Assembly (NCBI GenBank): GCA_002269645.1
Contig: NIVC01000487.1
Coordinates: forward strand, 62,001-126,000
From: Macrostomum lignano
Taxonomy: Eukaryota
Direction of reading: 5' to 3'
Length of the DNA: 64,000 nt
Under the pieces are notes generated by a model. It ran no database searches. It was not told the origin of the DNA and was given only the letters and a program-made list of their open reading frames with translations. Below are positions 34,801 to 45,586 of the stretch, piece after piece; within the stretch, counting starts at the first letter, position 1; the number at the start of each line of letters is the position of its first letter. A program made the translations under genes and the position numbers.

Positions 34801-37800
34801 TATGTACTGTTTTTGCCATAAAAACTGCTTCGTTTTGTTATCAGACTACATGTCTGTGCTCGTTTTATTGTATGAAATTATGTTTTAAACAAAATTGAAA
34901 AGTTTAAATTCGTGCGAAAATTTACCGCACGATCGCGTTATGGTGAAAGTCGGCTTTTTGGCCATAGACAATGGATAGTAGAGGTCTTTTGAGAAGACTT
35001 GGCCATATTTAAATGTTTAATTTCATACGAGCGTAGCTATTTTGAAAACACTTAACAGCCACTTTTACGTTTTTCTATTGTTTTTTAACTGGCAGCATAA
35101 CAAACAACCCGTTGTAAATTTTGCTTGAGCGATTTATTAGTTTATCGTACATTTCAGGCTAGTGTTGTATGTGTTGTATGAGTTATATATATGTATATAT
35201 ATATATATGTATATATTTATATGTATATATATGTATATATGTATGAGTGTTGTATGAGTTACTCTATATCCCCGCCGAACCCCCCCCCAAATCATTTGCT
35301 ATTCATGTCGAGCAGGAGTTATTGCGGGAGTTGCTGAAAAATAAGGACTTGGGCACTTTCGAATTTCGTGATAGGCCGCAACTTTCAAGTAACTTATTGA
35401 GAAAGTGCTGCCTGCCAAAGAAAAACAAACAAAATAAGCGTCAAAATAACGAGCACTATGGTTGATTCGAATAGGATCCAAAATCGGAGTACTTTATTTA
35501 TGCTTTTGGAGTATACTTTTTAAATAACTTAGAGTTAATGACTCTTTTTATTGTCTTCTTTATTTTTATGAATCGCCTTTTACTATCATTTAAAGTTGTT
35601 CCAACCGAAGTAAAAAGCCGACATGTAAAAGCAAACTAGTCACGGACAGAGCATAGATTTGCCTGCAAGATGGCGCAAAACAGTATTTAGGAGGAACAAA
35701 GATAAGCCGAATCCTCTAGCCAACGGAAGATCAGAAAAAGACCGAGCGGAAGAAGGGAACAGCTAATCTGCTTTTTCCCATTAGGTGTCTTGTCTATTTG
35801 GAGATTATTATATACCTCTACTGCTCGCAAAGTCAGACAGCAGGTACCGGCCGCGGCCGGTAATTACCTGGCAGCAGAAGCAGTCATATTGAACGAGCGA
35901 CTGCAATTAAGTACGCAACTGAGCCTGGCTAATTGCGCGACCGGGAAAGTTCTCGCATAGGAAGGAAATGATTCCACAGAGCCAGCCGCCAATTTTTTTG
36001 CATTGATTCGAACAAGCCGATTCCAGAACAAAAAAGGAATTATAAGAATGAACAAGGTTTGTAACACTTGCCATATCATCAGGAAACTAATTATGGTAGC
36101 AGTAAAAGTGCAATCAGTCAGACTTGTGCAATAGAAGCCAAATAAAGGTGGAAATACACCCGGTATTACTTGTAGATCTGCACATCATATGCATATTTAC
36201 AATAGTAGTCTGTTTATAATAAGTTACTAATCATATATTGAAGTTGAAATGTGGAAAAGGGTGCCATTGCGAGCGTGGTGTGCTTACGCAAACGGGTTAC
36301 ATAAGCCGAAATAGAAATCCCTTAGTCCTAAAATCCCGAAAAATACACGATCCTGCAAATAACGTCTATCCTGGCTAGCGATACAATATTTATAATTATT
36401 TAAGCCTCCCTTCCAAGCTTCCATCGATCAGCTACACACTACATTAGCAGACTCAGTAGAGTTTCGGCGGGAGCCAAAAAAAGGTTACTTTCTAGCGCAG
36501 TCAACATGCAGCCAATTAGTTTTCGCTTTGTATAGCAAAAAATAATGAACGGCGCAGGCTATATCAACTAAAAACTGCTTGCGTTCATCAATCTGCAAGA
36601 AGTCTGATCTTTTCTGATAGAAAGCATGAACAAATAGGCGGCGACGGCTTGGTGCTTATTGAAGTGAGTCCTGAAAGTGCAGCAGCTGCGCGTTATATTA
36701 CTATTCTGTACATAAAAACTAAGATCGTAGTACATATCTTTCTAGTGATAATTTCGGTAAGAATTCTTGAGAATTCAAGAGTCCCTAGGGTGGATGCACT
36801 TAAGTAACACTGCACTTCTCCCTACGAGTCCCATTACTACAAAAACATTGCACGAAGGCGGTTTTACTAACACCGGCCAGCATATCGTCCACCTAGCCCA
36901 CACGGAATTAATCACATTCACGGTAGGGGCCTATGGGAGAGCAAAAACTGACTAAACAGACTGCTAGACGCGTCAATGCTGTTAACGTTTGCTTTGCCTC
37001 TACTGCTATTCTGAGGCAAGACCAGCTAAACTAGATTGCGTACCAGCTAGTTGTTATGTCCACATGCAGACACAGCTGAAGAAGTAAAGCAAAAAAACAA
37101 AGATCGTAAATCCGGTTACAACCTGAGCTATTAACGGTAAAGACTATCCAAAAACGTAACTCTTTACGAAAGGAGGTCTTCATTTATCTTATTGTTATTG
37201 AATTCATTCCTTCGAGTTATTCTGATTATTTTTATCAGACAAGATTCCTAAAAAATAGCATCCTGCTTGATTGTTAGAACTCAAAACCAATTTGTTATGC
37301 ATGGTTGAAGCTTTCAACTAATATAGGATTTCATCTCCCGTAGCAATTCGAAAGTTGGCTTCTGTAATAAAAGGCAAAATTGAATTCAAAATAAGCCAAT
37401 ATACTCTACCCACGCAGTAAACTACTAGAGAAGGTAATTCACAGTTCCCAGTGCCGCTAACTGGTAGCATAATCTTACAAGGCCGCTATAGAAATTATGG
37501 AAAGGAATATAAATATTAAGGAATAACACAGAAAGGAGAAAGGCAGAAAGCAAACTAAGCATTGAGTTTCGTCAAACATTTAGGCCGATCGGAGCAAACA
37601 GGGACTCAGCTGGATGCCAGCCATGGCGGCCAGCAAAAACGGCTCTTGGGGCGATTTACGATTTACAAAGCGCAGGGCAGCAAATTTTCTTTCTATAACG
37701 GAGGGTGAAAGCGGATAAGAAAGGGCCGAAGGGGAAGACGCACAAAAACAGCTCAGAAGTCGGCTGAGCAACAAGAAAAAGGGAAAAGTTAATTTAGACA

Positions 37801-40800
37801 CGAATTTAGCCAGAAAAATAAGGACAATCCGTCTTCTACTTGAAATGCCAGAGTTTTCCTGCCGCGCAAGATATTTTTAGCAATTTTTTTAGTCCTCTGC
37901 GTAATCACACTAGACTAGAGGCTGCTGTTTGCGTGCGCACGGAAAGAATCTCCCAGAGTTGAGTGAAGAGTGTGAAGACTCAAGAGGAAAAAATACGTGT
38001 CGTTCGAAAAAGAAGCTAGAAATTTTTCTAATCTTAAAACCTTCCTTTCCCGTATGGTTCGAGTGTATCGCAACTCGGCGAGCCAAACTTTCAATATTCC
38101 AAATAGGTAGAAAATCTCTTCACTCACTCAATATTCGGTCCTCAGTACTGGAGCAGGAGAGCAGCTGGCTGAAGAGGATGCGGATTGACTAAAACTAACC
38201 GACCCATCTCCTCGTCGACTGGCAGCAGATGGTGAGGTAAAGGACATCAGCTCAAGCTATCATCTTCTGGGGCAAGCACAGAGCGTACTAAGACCGTGTC
38301 ATAGCGTCGCGCCAGAGTTGACTTAGAAATTAAACAACACACAGCTCCCTATCGTCCACTCGTATCCCGGATCCAATCCTGAAAATTCTCAACTAGCAAT
38401 CTACCGCGGCAGTCCCACTTCAACTGCGCGATAGAGCATAGCTTAGGAGGCTGGCCAGAGTCAGGGAAGAGCCTCTTTCGCCAACTTCCGTCCGATTTGA
38501 TATTTTTCTTAGTTCTACTGACTAGATTCTCATACAGAAATTCACCCCTATCCCAGCTAGTCCCAACAGGGACTTGAATTGCGGAAGCGAGACCAACACG
38601 GAAGGAAGATGAAAAATAGAGGCTGGCGAACTGATATTGCAAGAAGGATCCAGTGGGATGACTTTATGGGTAGAAAAGACTTCGGGGACGGATTAGGGCG
38701 ATAATTCGTTCTGCTAGCATTACTTTGACTTAGCCGAAATGCTTGGAATCTCCTCTGCTATTGCAAGCTAGTCTAGGAGAAAATAAAAGACCATATACCA
38801 CTCATTTCCCACGTCAGAATTTAAGACGATATCTATTCGCACCAAAGCATGTGAAAATACAGACGTCAAAGAAAATTCTGGCAGTAATATTCGAGGCGCT
38901 GCCAATTTTTGTCAACTATTTTACCAGCCGAATTTCCGACGCATCTCGTAATTCACCAAGTGGCTTTTACTGGGAAATATTCTATTAAATTTATTTAACT
39001 CACCCACATTGATAAAGGCTATAAGCTAAGCGTTAGAATTGTCCCAGAAACTGCTTTGTCGCGCCTCACAAATTTGGCCATTTAGCTCGTAGTAATCTCT
39101 AGGTTCGGTCAATATCCTCCTGATATTGTTTTTAACATCCTTTCAAGCTGTCATTTGTTCTTTGTTTCTGAAAATAGCTGACACTGAAAAGCGGAAATTA
39201 AAACCTTCTACGATTACTTTCCCGTGGGTTTGCTACTAAAATTGCTGCTTTTAACATGCATTTATGAAAATTACCGCTTCTATAAATATCGCGTACATTG
39301 TACTTGCTAGATATATCATTATTGATTTGCCAAATTTGGAAAAAAACTCATCTATCAAGCAATTTAATAGACGGAGTTTTCATTTATGTAAACTACTCAA
39401 GCGCAATGTGGAATTATCCGTCAATATAGACTTTCAACCCGAATTTTCCATTAATTACGGTGTAGAAGGTGGTCCCAATATCTGACAAGAAATAGGTAAA
39501 CATTCCGTATCTAGCAAGTAGCATTTGTACACACTCAGAAGTAACTGATACATTCTGTATCAGCTATCTGTGGAATAAAAATTTAGACGTTATAAAGCAT
39601 TACACTTATACTAGTAGTTCGTCACTAGACAGGAAAATTCTTTTTCTGCATGCTCCCAATCAAGAAGACAGTCATTAAATTCTTCGAAAGGCGAAGAGAC
39701 GCATCTACCTAAGAATAGATTTTAGACTTGTTTTAATGATACGGTCCCTATGGAGGCATAAAATAAATCCACTTATTCAGGTTTTTACTCCACTAATCAG
39801 CTTTGAAAATCGAGACACAAAAATGGTCATCAATTTCAGAATTCAAAAGAAAATTACCCAACCTTACATTAGATCAAAGGACTACTGTTTTTAAGGTAGA
39901 GCCTGCAATTAGGTAACACTAAAAAGATAGCGAATTGAACCTATAAAAGAGCATAGGTGCCATTAAGGATTAATTGAGGGCCTTTAGTTAGGGAATAAAT
40001 TAGCCCAAAACTGAAATTCCATATAAAAGATAGTAAAATTTCACTTGATAAAATTTTTATAGTAGCATTCAATAAGGAATTTGGAAGGCTCAATTTGAAA
40101 GCGGATCGCAAAAGCCAACAATCTGACACGGCTGCTGCTTTTAAATAATTCTGCACGAAACCTGTCAATCAATCTTTGAACAGGTACTGTAGATGCCATT
40201 TAAAACTGCTGCTTTTTCAATCAAACTGCTATATCGACTCTGTTATAGGTTACAACTCTGCACTTTTATAGTTACTAAATCAGAATAGACATAGAGCCTA
40301 CAGCCAAAAAAGCAATTTAGTGTCTGTAATATTCGAAAATGCTCTCCGCTATAGCTCGTAGAATCGCTGCACATAAAAGTTGGCGCATCGAACGGCCACT
40401 TAATCTGTCATTTGTTCTAAAGCAAAGTGCCTGGTAGATGGCCTTTTTTGCTTCGCCTAGTTGGCATGACACAAGCAAATATTTTCAACGCATTTCGTTG
40501 GAATACAACTGAACCAAAAGATCATTGACGAGGCTGTTTCTGTGCGTAGCCGATAAGGTAGCTGATATTCTAGGAAATCTAACTAACAAAACTACTAACT
40601 GCAGCAAGAAGTGTAGCAGAAAGCCTATGAGAATCCTTGTGTGCATTAGCAAAGCTTTTAAAATGCTTCCATGCTTCCATAGAAGACTTTCAAGGACGGG
40701 CGATTCACGTATGGATTCGGGAAATTTTATTACAAAATCGTTATTATCCTTGACTTAGCAAACGTCATCCATTTAGGGATTTCGATACAATCACAGGCTG

Positions 40801-43800
40801 ATTTTTTACTCAGCAAAAGTAAGAAGTCTCTACCATTGATTTTATCTTCTTAGTACCTTTGATTTGTACCTCAAGCCCAAAATTGATACCTTACGAGCGT
40901 AGGGCACTACGACATACAAATAGCTTAATTAAGACTCGATATCTCCCTTAGTTTTTTCATGTTACACCCAGTGAGACAATGTATGGTATTATTAATCAAG
41001 ACAAGTGAAACGTCAGACCGTACGAAGACCACTTCAAAAAGTGGTGTGGTAGACTGTCAGACTAAACGTTGACATTTATTTATGCATGTACGCTCGTACT
41101 TATCGACACAGAATGCATCACCGAAGTACAAGTGCAGGTGCAATCAATTAAAAGCTACAACAAACTTAAATTTTTGGGATTTTTTGTTAATTATGTACAA
41201 ATGCGCAGTTCAGGAGCTGTGCAGGACATCGAATAAAAGCTGTGCATTAAAGTGTAACGATTTTACATCTATATACAACAAGTGTTCTGGCAGAATGGTG
41301 CAAAGAGACGAGCAGAACGAAACGCAGCTGCAATAAAAGGAGAAATAATAATCCAAATTGTTTTCTGGTTCACAAGTCTTGATTTATCAATACCCTCGAT
41401 TCTCAAACATATGCAGTTGATCGGGCAGAACCGAGCACAAGTTCACACAAAGCCACTGTCCATGCGAGAGTGGCGCGGCGACTCGCAACAGGCGACATTG
41501 GCGGACACGGAGTCCTCAAAGCCGCACCGCAGTGGCTGGGCAGCTTCCGGACCTTTTTCAACTGTGCCCGAAGAACCGTGCTGTTGAAGCCGCTGTCCAA
41601 TAGAGCAATGACCCTCGGCAGTGCATCGGAGGCCGCAGGACACTTTGCGATTGTTGACTTTCGGTTGCAGACAATTCATACGGATGTGCAAAAAGCCAAG
41701 CAGTTGGATTCGGAAGTTGCGGCACATAACAAAATAGATGGCAAAGTTCAAGCCGGAGTCGATACTAATTAATAGCGACTTGATCTCGCCAAGAATGTTT
41801 AACCAGTCTGGCATATTCGAGCTTAGTGACATTGACGATGTTAAATTCGCAATGCTGCAGAATAGTTCGTAGAATAAGTGAGGAAATGACAAACCAAAGA
41901 AAGTTCCAGACACAAGCAGCAGAGTTTTTGTCGCTTTTAGATTGCTGTCTACATGAGCTGGCAGATCTGTCCACTGGCGCCGGCGTCGGGTAAGGTGGCT
42001 GGTCATCACGCAGGTTAGAGTCATAACTACAATAATCGGAATTCCGGTGCTAAGCACTACCTCGATAGAGATGGTTACGTCGAAAATGTACTCTTCATTA
42101 ACGCTCGTAGTTATTAAGTCCATAGCGATGGTGAAAGCGGCCGAGAACGCGGTCAAGCCGAACAGAAGGGCAGCCTGCTGGCGATAGTTAAACTCAATAG
42201 GAGCAGACAGAGGTCGAACGACTACAGAATACCTAGCCGATGTCATAGCTACAATCCACCAACTGCGAGCTAGATATGAAACTTTCCAGGCTGTGGTGAA
42301 CCATTTCAGATAGTAGCGGCAGTGCGGATGACTGGCTTGATTGGAATGGGTGACCATGTCAGCCACGAATGCCATAGCGCTGCGAGCGGACAGGCACAGG
42401 TTCATAAAGACATCGATTGCTACAAGCAGGCTGAAGCCTTTGGCCTGAGTAGACGACTGGAACACGGCGGCCAGCACTACGCAATTGAGCAGTGCGCTCA
42501 ACGAGCACACAGCCAAGCGGATCAGATGACTGGCTGGCGAACCCAGCAAACAGGTGCTGTTGTCAAATGCTGGTAAAGACGGACTAACAATAAGGATGGT
42601 GCTTTGGACAGTAGCCAGCTCCATGGAGTAAGTTGCTGTCATGGCTAACTTTCAAGCGAATTAAGATCGATACGCAAGTGTGGAGGAGGAACACGCTTTC
42701 AGCCTTTCGTTTCGCTTTTAAATGATAAAGCCGATTCACCAGGGAGGACATCCTACCCGATTTCTAGCGCCTGCATTGGCTAGCTGGAGGCCGCAGCCAA
42801 TCTGAACTAATCGCAAAAAAATTCAATGTCTTTCTGAAGCCCTATTTTATCCAAAGAAGCATGAAATAATGTCATGCATTTTGCAAGTTTTACTGCAATC
42901 TAGCCAATGGGATTTGAATTCTTCATAAATCACAGGAAAACAGCAACGTTTCAAGAGAAACCTTTTTAGTCGATTTCGATTTTTTCTTGGAATTTCTCTC
43001 CAGTGCTACATGCCATAGTACCTACATCGTATTTGCAGCGCTTAATTGAATCAGTCAGCTGCTGAGTGCAAATCAGATAGGCTAGTATTTTTGCATGTAT
43101 TGCATTCTCTCGGGACAGACAGTACTAACACTTATACATGTACAACCAATACCAAAGAGCGTAAAGCAAAATTCTGAGCCTTATATCACGGAAAGAAGGC
43201 GTACGTATATACAAGACTAAAGTCCAATTTATAAGCGAAGCGTAAAAATAAATAAAGCGGCCAAGCCTAAACAGACGTGAAGATCAGGGAGGGTGTAAAC
43301 GAACCAAGCCTGAATAGGCGTGAGGATCAGGAGGGTACAAAGGGGCCAAGCCTGAAGAGACGTGAGGATCAGGGATGGTATAAAGGGGCCAAGCCTGAAG
43401 AGACGTGAGGATCAGGGAGGGTATAAAGGGGCCAAGCCTGAATAGACGTGAAGATCAGGGAGGGTGTAAATGTAAACGAACCAAGCCAAGCCTGAATAGA
43501 CGTGAGGATCAGGAAGGTATAAAGGGGCCAAGCCTGATGAGACGTGAGGATCAGGGAGGGTATAAAGGGGCCAAGCTTGAATAGACGTGAAGATCAGGGA
43601 GGGTGTAAACGAATCAAGCCAAGCCTGAAGAGACGTGAGGATCAGGGAGGGTATAAAGGGGCCAAGCCTGATGAGACGTGAGGATCAGGGAGGGTATAAA
43701 GGGGCCAAGCCTGAATAGACGTGAAGATCAGGGAGGGTGTAAACGAGCCAAGCCAAGCCTGAATAGACGTGAGGATCAGGAGAGTATAAAGGGGCCAAGC

Positions 43801-45586
43801 CTGAAGAGACGTGAGGATCAGGGAGGGTATAAAAGGGGCCAAGACTGAAGAGAGGATCAGAGACGGTAGTCTCTGTGTAAATCAATATTAACAGCAACGC
43901 AGTCCAAGTTCAGTACTCACGCGCAATGCGGCCCCATAGTACAGCAGCACAGACAGGGGTTGTTGAAGACCTCCAGTGGCCAACCGTAGCACGCATTAGC
44001 GTACTTTACATAGTACTGCAGTTGTTCCAGGCTGCACCAGTCGGCTTCGCTGTCGGGCGGCACAGCCGGCGGCGCAGTCACAATAATGTCCAAGTGGCGT
44101 CTATTAAGCAGCAAAACTCCCAACGCTAAGTCGCTAGGCGTCAGATCGTATTCGTGAAAATAGGCTAAGAGAATTCTGTGTACATTTTCAAATGCGTGCC
44201 GAGTGGTCTCGTCGTACCGGGTGCAGCAAAGAAACGAGACGAGGCGCGACCAGAAGTCCGGCGACAGGAAGCTAAAGCTGCAGGTGCCGCCGGAGTCGTT
44301 GGGCTCAGTGAATGAGAAGCATGGCCCGAGAGTCATGAAGAATGCGGCCGATAAAGATAGGCAAGCAACGGCGAAGCCCACCTGAGAGTTAAAAAAAAAG
44401 TTTAGATAAATTATTTCCAACTTTTATTTAAACTTATTTTCAAAGCTATTACTTTAAATTACAAAAATAATGCTCTACCAGATCCACATACAGATCCCAG
44501 TACAGTTTCTTGAATCCCAAATTGCAGATCCCAGTCCAGTCTCTTGAGTCCCCAATTACAGATCCCAGTCCAGTCTCTTAAATTCCCAATTAGAGATCCC
44601 AGTCTCTTGTATCCCCAATTATAGATCCCAGTCTCTTGTACCCCCAATTACAGATCCCAGTCCAGTCTCTTGTACCCTTAATTACAGATCCCAGTCCAGT
44701 CTCTTAAATTCCCAATTAGAGATCCCAGTCCAGTCTCTTAAATCCCCTATTACAGTTCCCAGCCCCAGTTTCTAATTTCCCAAATCAAGTGGTATTTAGT
44801 TTTTTAGGTATAAAAAAAAATTAAGCATCAGTTCATAACTAATTATCTGAAATCATATATATTTTTTATCATATAGTTTCCAATACATAAATAAGCAAGA
44901 CATTTCATCGGTAATTTCATCCTGACATAAATAAAAGAACAAAGAGATTTTTTCGCAATCCAGAAACCAGTGTAGCTGTGTAAAGAGCATCTGTATGGGA
45001 CACTTGCTATCCTGCCTAAGACCCAGACCCTAGATCTCCGCTACAAATATGTTTATAGCCATAAATCCCAGCCTTACCAGACACACGCAGCGCGCAATGA
45101 TGACAGTCTGCAGACTGCAGTCGTACGGCTTAAATGCCAGATAGAAACCGTAGCCATACAATAGCAGGCTGATTGGCAAGTTAAATAGCAAGTGAAACCA
45201 CAGCAATATTGGTACGTAGCGTCGTTTCCGTTCCTGCCGTATCGTGCCCCGGCCAGACTGCCAAGCTAGCAGGCAGGCGTGCAGAAACTTTAACGAAGTG
45301 AGCGCAATAGCCAAAGCGTAGAATGCGCGCAGTTGATCGCCGCCAACGCAGGCAAACGCCCATTGATCGTGCGACGCTAGAAATACTACTAGCATCATCA
45401 GCCTGTGGAGACAAGTAGAGCATTACTTTCATTTTAAAAAACTGGAAAAAATACTTGAAATGCTACTAAAAGTAGACAAAAGGAGGCTTACCAGAAGAAC
45501 TCAATAACAGACGATAGTAAAAAAGGAAAAAGGAAGTCATCTGAACTGACGCGCCACTTCCGTCCAGCAAAGTGCATGTAAGGCAT
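23369..45586 (-). CDS. DAGL: sn1-specific diacylglycerol lipase (DAGL, lipase_3 family), 7 exons, about 817 aa
   Basis: Exons: 45492-45586, 45078-45402, 43921-44381, 30663-30864, 25649-25926, 25177-25318, 23369-24319, with consistent phases. The N-terminus [17 protein letters not shown] is typical of DAGL and is followed by 4 TM segments. Further motifs: [23 protein letters not shown], nucleophile GHSLGAG, YSPP, catalytic Asp in [14 protein letters not shown], catalytic His in AQHLP. The last exon may hide an intron. Alpha versus beta subtype is not resolved. Confidence 0.93.
24380..25155. repeat. Degenerate 20-22-bp minisatellite, DAGL intron 6
   Basis: (GGACAGGTTATTTCGGACAGGTGTCTA)-like units. 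Confidence 0.88.
25462..25620. repeat. About 52-bp tandem repeat, 3 copies, DAGL intron 5
   Basis: GAAGTGAGGGG..CGATTTGAGAACTCAGGAGACGGGAAATGAAGCT. Confidence 0.85.
26270..28400 (-). mobile_element. Decayed Ty3/gypsy LTR retrotransposon (gag, protease, RT) in DAGL intron 4
   Basis: Gag-like [17 protein letters not shown]. Double zinc knuckle [25 protein letters not shown]. Degenerate protease site IFVNSGS and ILGMNYI. RT motifs [38 protein letters not shown]. Multiple stops and frameshifts. No RNase H, integrase or LTRs recognised. Confidence 0.85.
26566..26950. mobile_element. 385-bp hAT-type MITE inserted in the gypsy RT
   Basis: Perfect 35-bp TIRs CATAGATAAAGTATACATAGATTCCACCCCTGCCC (26566-26600 and its reverse complement at 26916-26950). 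8-bp TSD GCGAAATG at 26558-26565 and 26951-26958. Confidence 0.92.
28519..28844 (+). mobile_element. tRNA-derived SINE (copy 3), 5'-truncated, with (ATT)n tail
   Basis: Aligns by eye with 1975-2207 along its length and ends GGCAGATGTAATCAATTA followed by an (ATT)n run. Confidence 0.78.
29625..29905. repeat. 18-19-bp minisatellite, DAGL intron 4
   Basis: (GGGGCGCCAGCTACAGAG / GGGGCGCCAACTACGGAG)n. Confidence 0.9.
31542..32753 (+). CDS. Intronless class A GPCR (adenosine/MECA-like orphan), nested antisense in DAGL intron 3
   Basis: 403-aa ORF with 7 hydrophobic segments. Motifs: TM2 NLAVCD, Cys3.25 (FTACRF), ERC at the DRY position, ECL2 CVTREV, TM6 FWAP, TM7 NSIANIFIY, helix 8 KEFRESAK. Confidence 0.88.
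   Translation: MSSLCLNIWLGLNCTLVVLVLLSNSAILHVVHRNRNLHTTAYAFICNLAVCDMCYGLGIAFFTITVYYPSLAESFTACRFALVAFYGSIGFATVGIALISVERCIAIKCAIHYNRLLTRGRVALLIGASPTLFVALVAGIVFGSAKKMTPNSVCVTREVLPSWAIALASACVMATQLASTACYVVVYLVARKQRNRISQELNYLRRLAAMSAPAAARGRSYKREMYRRQSWRLTVTVGFVLLVFYAFWAPTWLIQLLRIKHIDNELTLTLAYFSSSYSTINSIANIFIYSFKTKEFRESAKRTFLGVLFSDSRKNSDKNTNGWSLRRDTAAGLTTVGPTSWAVFAISYEAGTAATAAAAAATAQTEAWQSSGPSSSNEVATGEATDMIKLAQKPLGIGACKAN
34011..34595. repeat. Near-perfect 60-bp tandem repeat, about 9.7 copies, DAGL intron 3
   Basis: (CTAGACTTATTGAACTCTCTAAATTTTCAAATGAAATCATTTCGGGTTAATTCGGATAAA)n. Confidence 0.97.
41443..42642 (-). CDS. Intronless class A GPCR (peptide-receptor/FMRFamide-receptor-like orphan), nested in DAGL intron 3 on the same strand
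   Basis: 399-aa ORF. N-terminal sequon NST, TM1 LLNCVVL, TM3 [21 protein letters not shown]5 GIP, TM6 FFGLSFP, TM7 [10 protein letters not shown], helix 8 [14 protein letters not shown] on the minus strand at 41075-41080. Confidence 0.85.
   Translation of the reverse strand: MTATYSMELATVQSTILIVSPSLPAFDNSTCLLGSPASHLIRLAVCSLSALLNCVVLAAVFQSSTQAKGFSLLVAIDVFMNLCLSARSAMAFVADMVTHSNQASHPHCRYYLKWFTTAWKVSYLARSWWIVAMTSARYSVVVRPLSAPIEFNYRQQAALLFGLTAFSAAFTIAMDLITTSVNEEYIFDVTISIEVVLSTGIPIIVVMTLTCVMTSHLTRRRRQWTDLPAHVDSNLKATKTLLLVSGTFFGLSFPHLFYELFCSIANLTSSMSLSSNMPDWLNILGEIKSLLISIDSGLNFAIYFVMCRNFRIQLLGFLHIRMNCLQPKVNNRKVSCGLRCTAEGHCSIGQRLQQHGSSGTVEKGPEAAQPLRCGFEDSVSANVACCESPRHSRMDSGFV
43258..43860. repeat. 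About 43-bp minisatellite, DAGL intron 3
   Basis: (GACGTGAGGATCAGGGAGGGTATAAAGGGGCCAAGCCTGAAGA)n. Confidence 0.92.
44490..44775. repeat. Degenerate 28-34-bp minisatellite, DAGL intron 2
   Basis: (CAGATCCCAGTCCAGTCTCTT..CCCAATTA)n. Confidence 0.85.

Noticed and set aside
37900-38650. Several mini-exon-like segments with GT/AG boundaries on the minus strand
   Set aside because: Could not be chained into a phase-consistent ORF with any recognisable domain.
12191-45586. Operon-like polycistron of co-oriented DAGL, ERGIC3 and TRPM
   Set aside because: Gaps of 2.1 and 6.3 kb are filled with repeats, and there is no direct evidence of spliced-leader sites. It cannot be supported without SL-RNA-seq.
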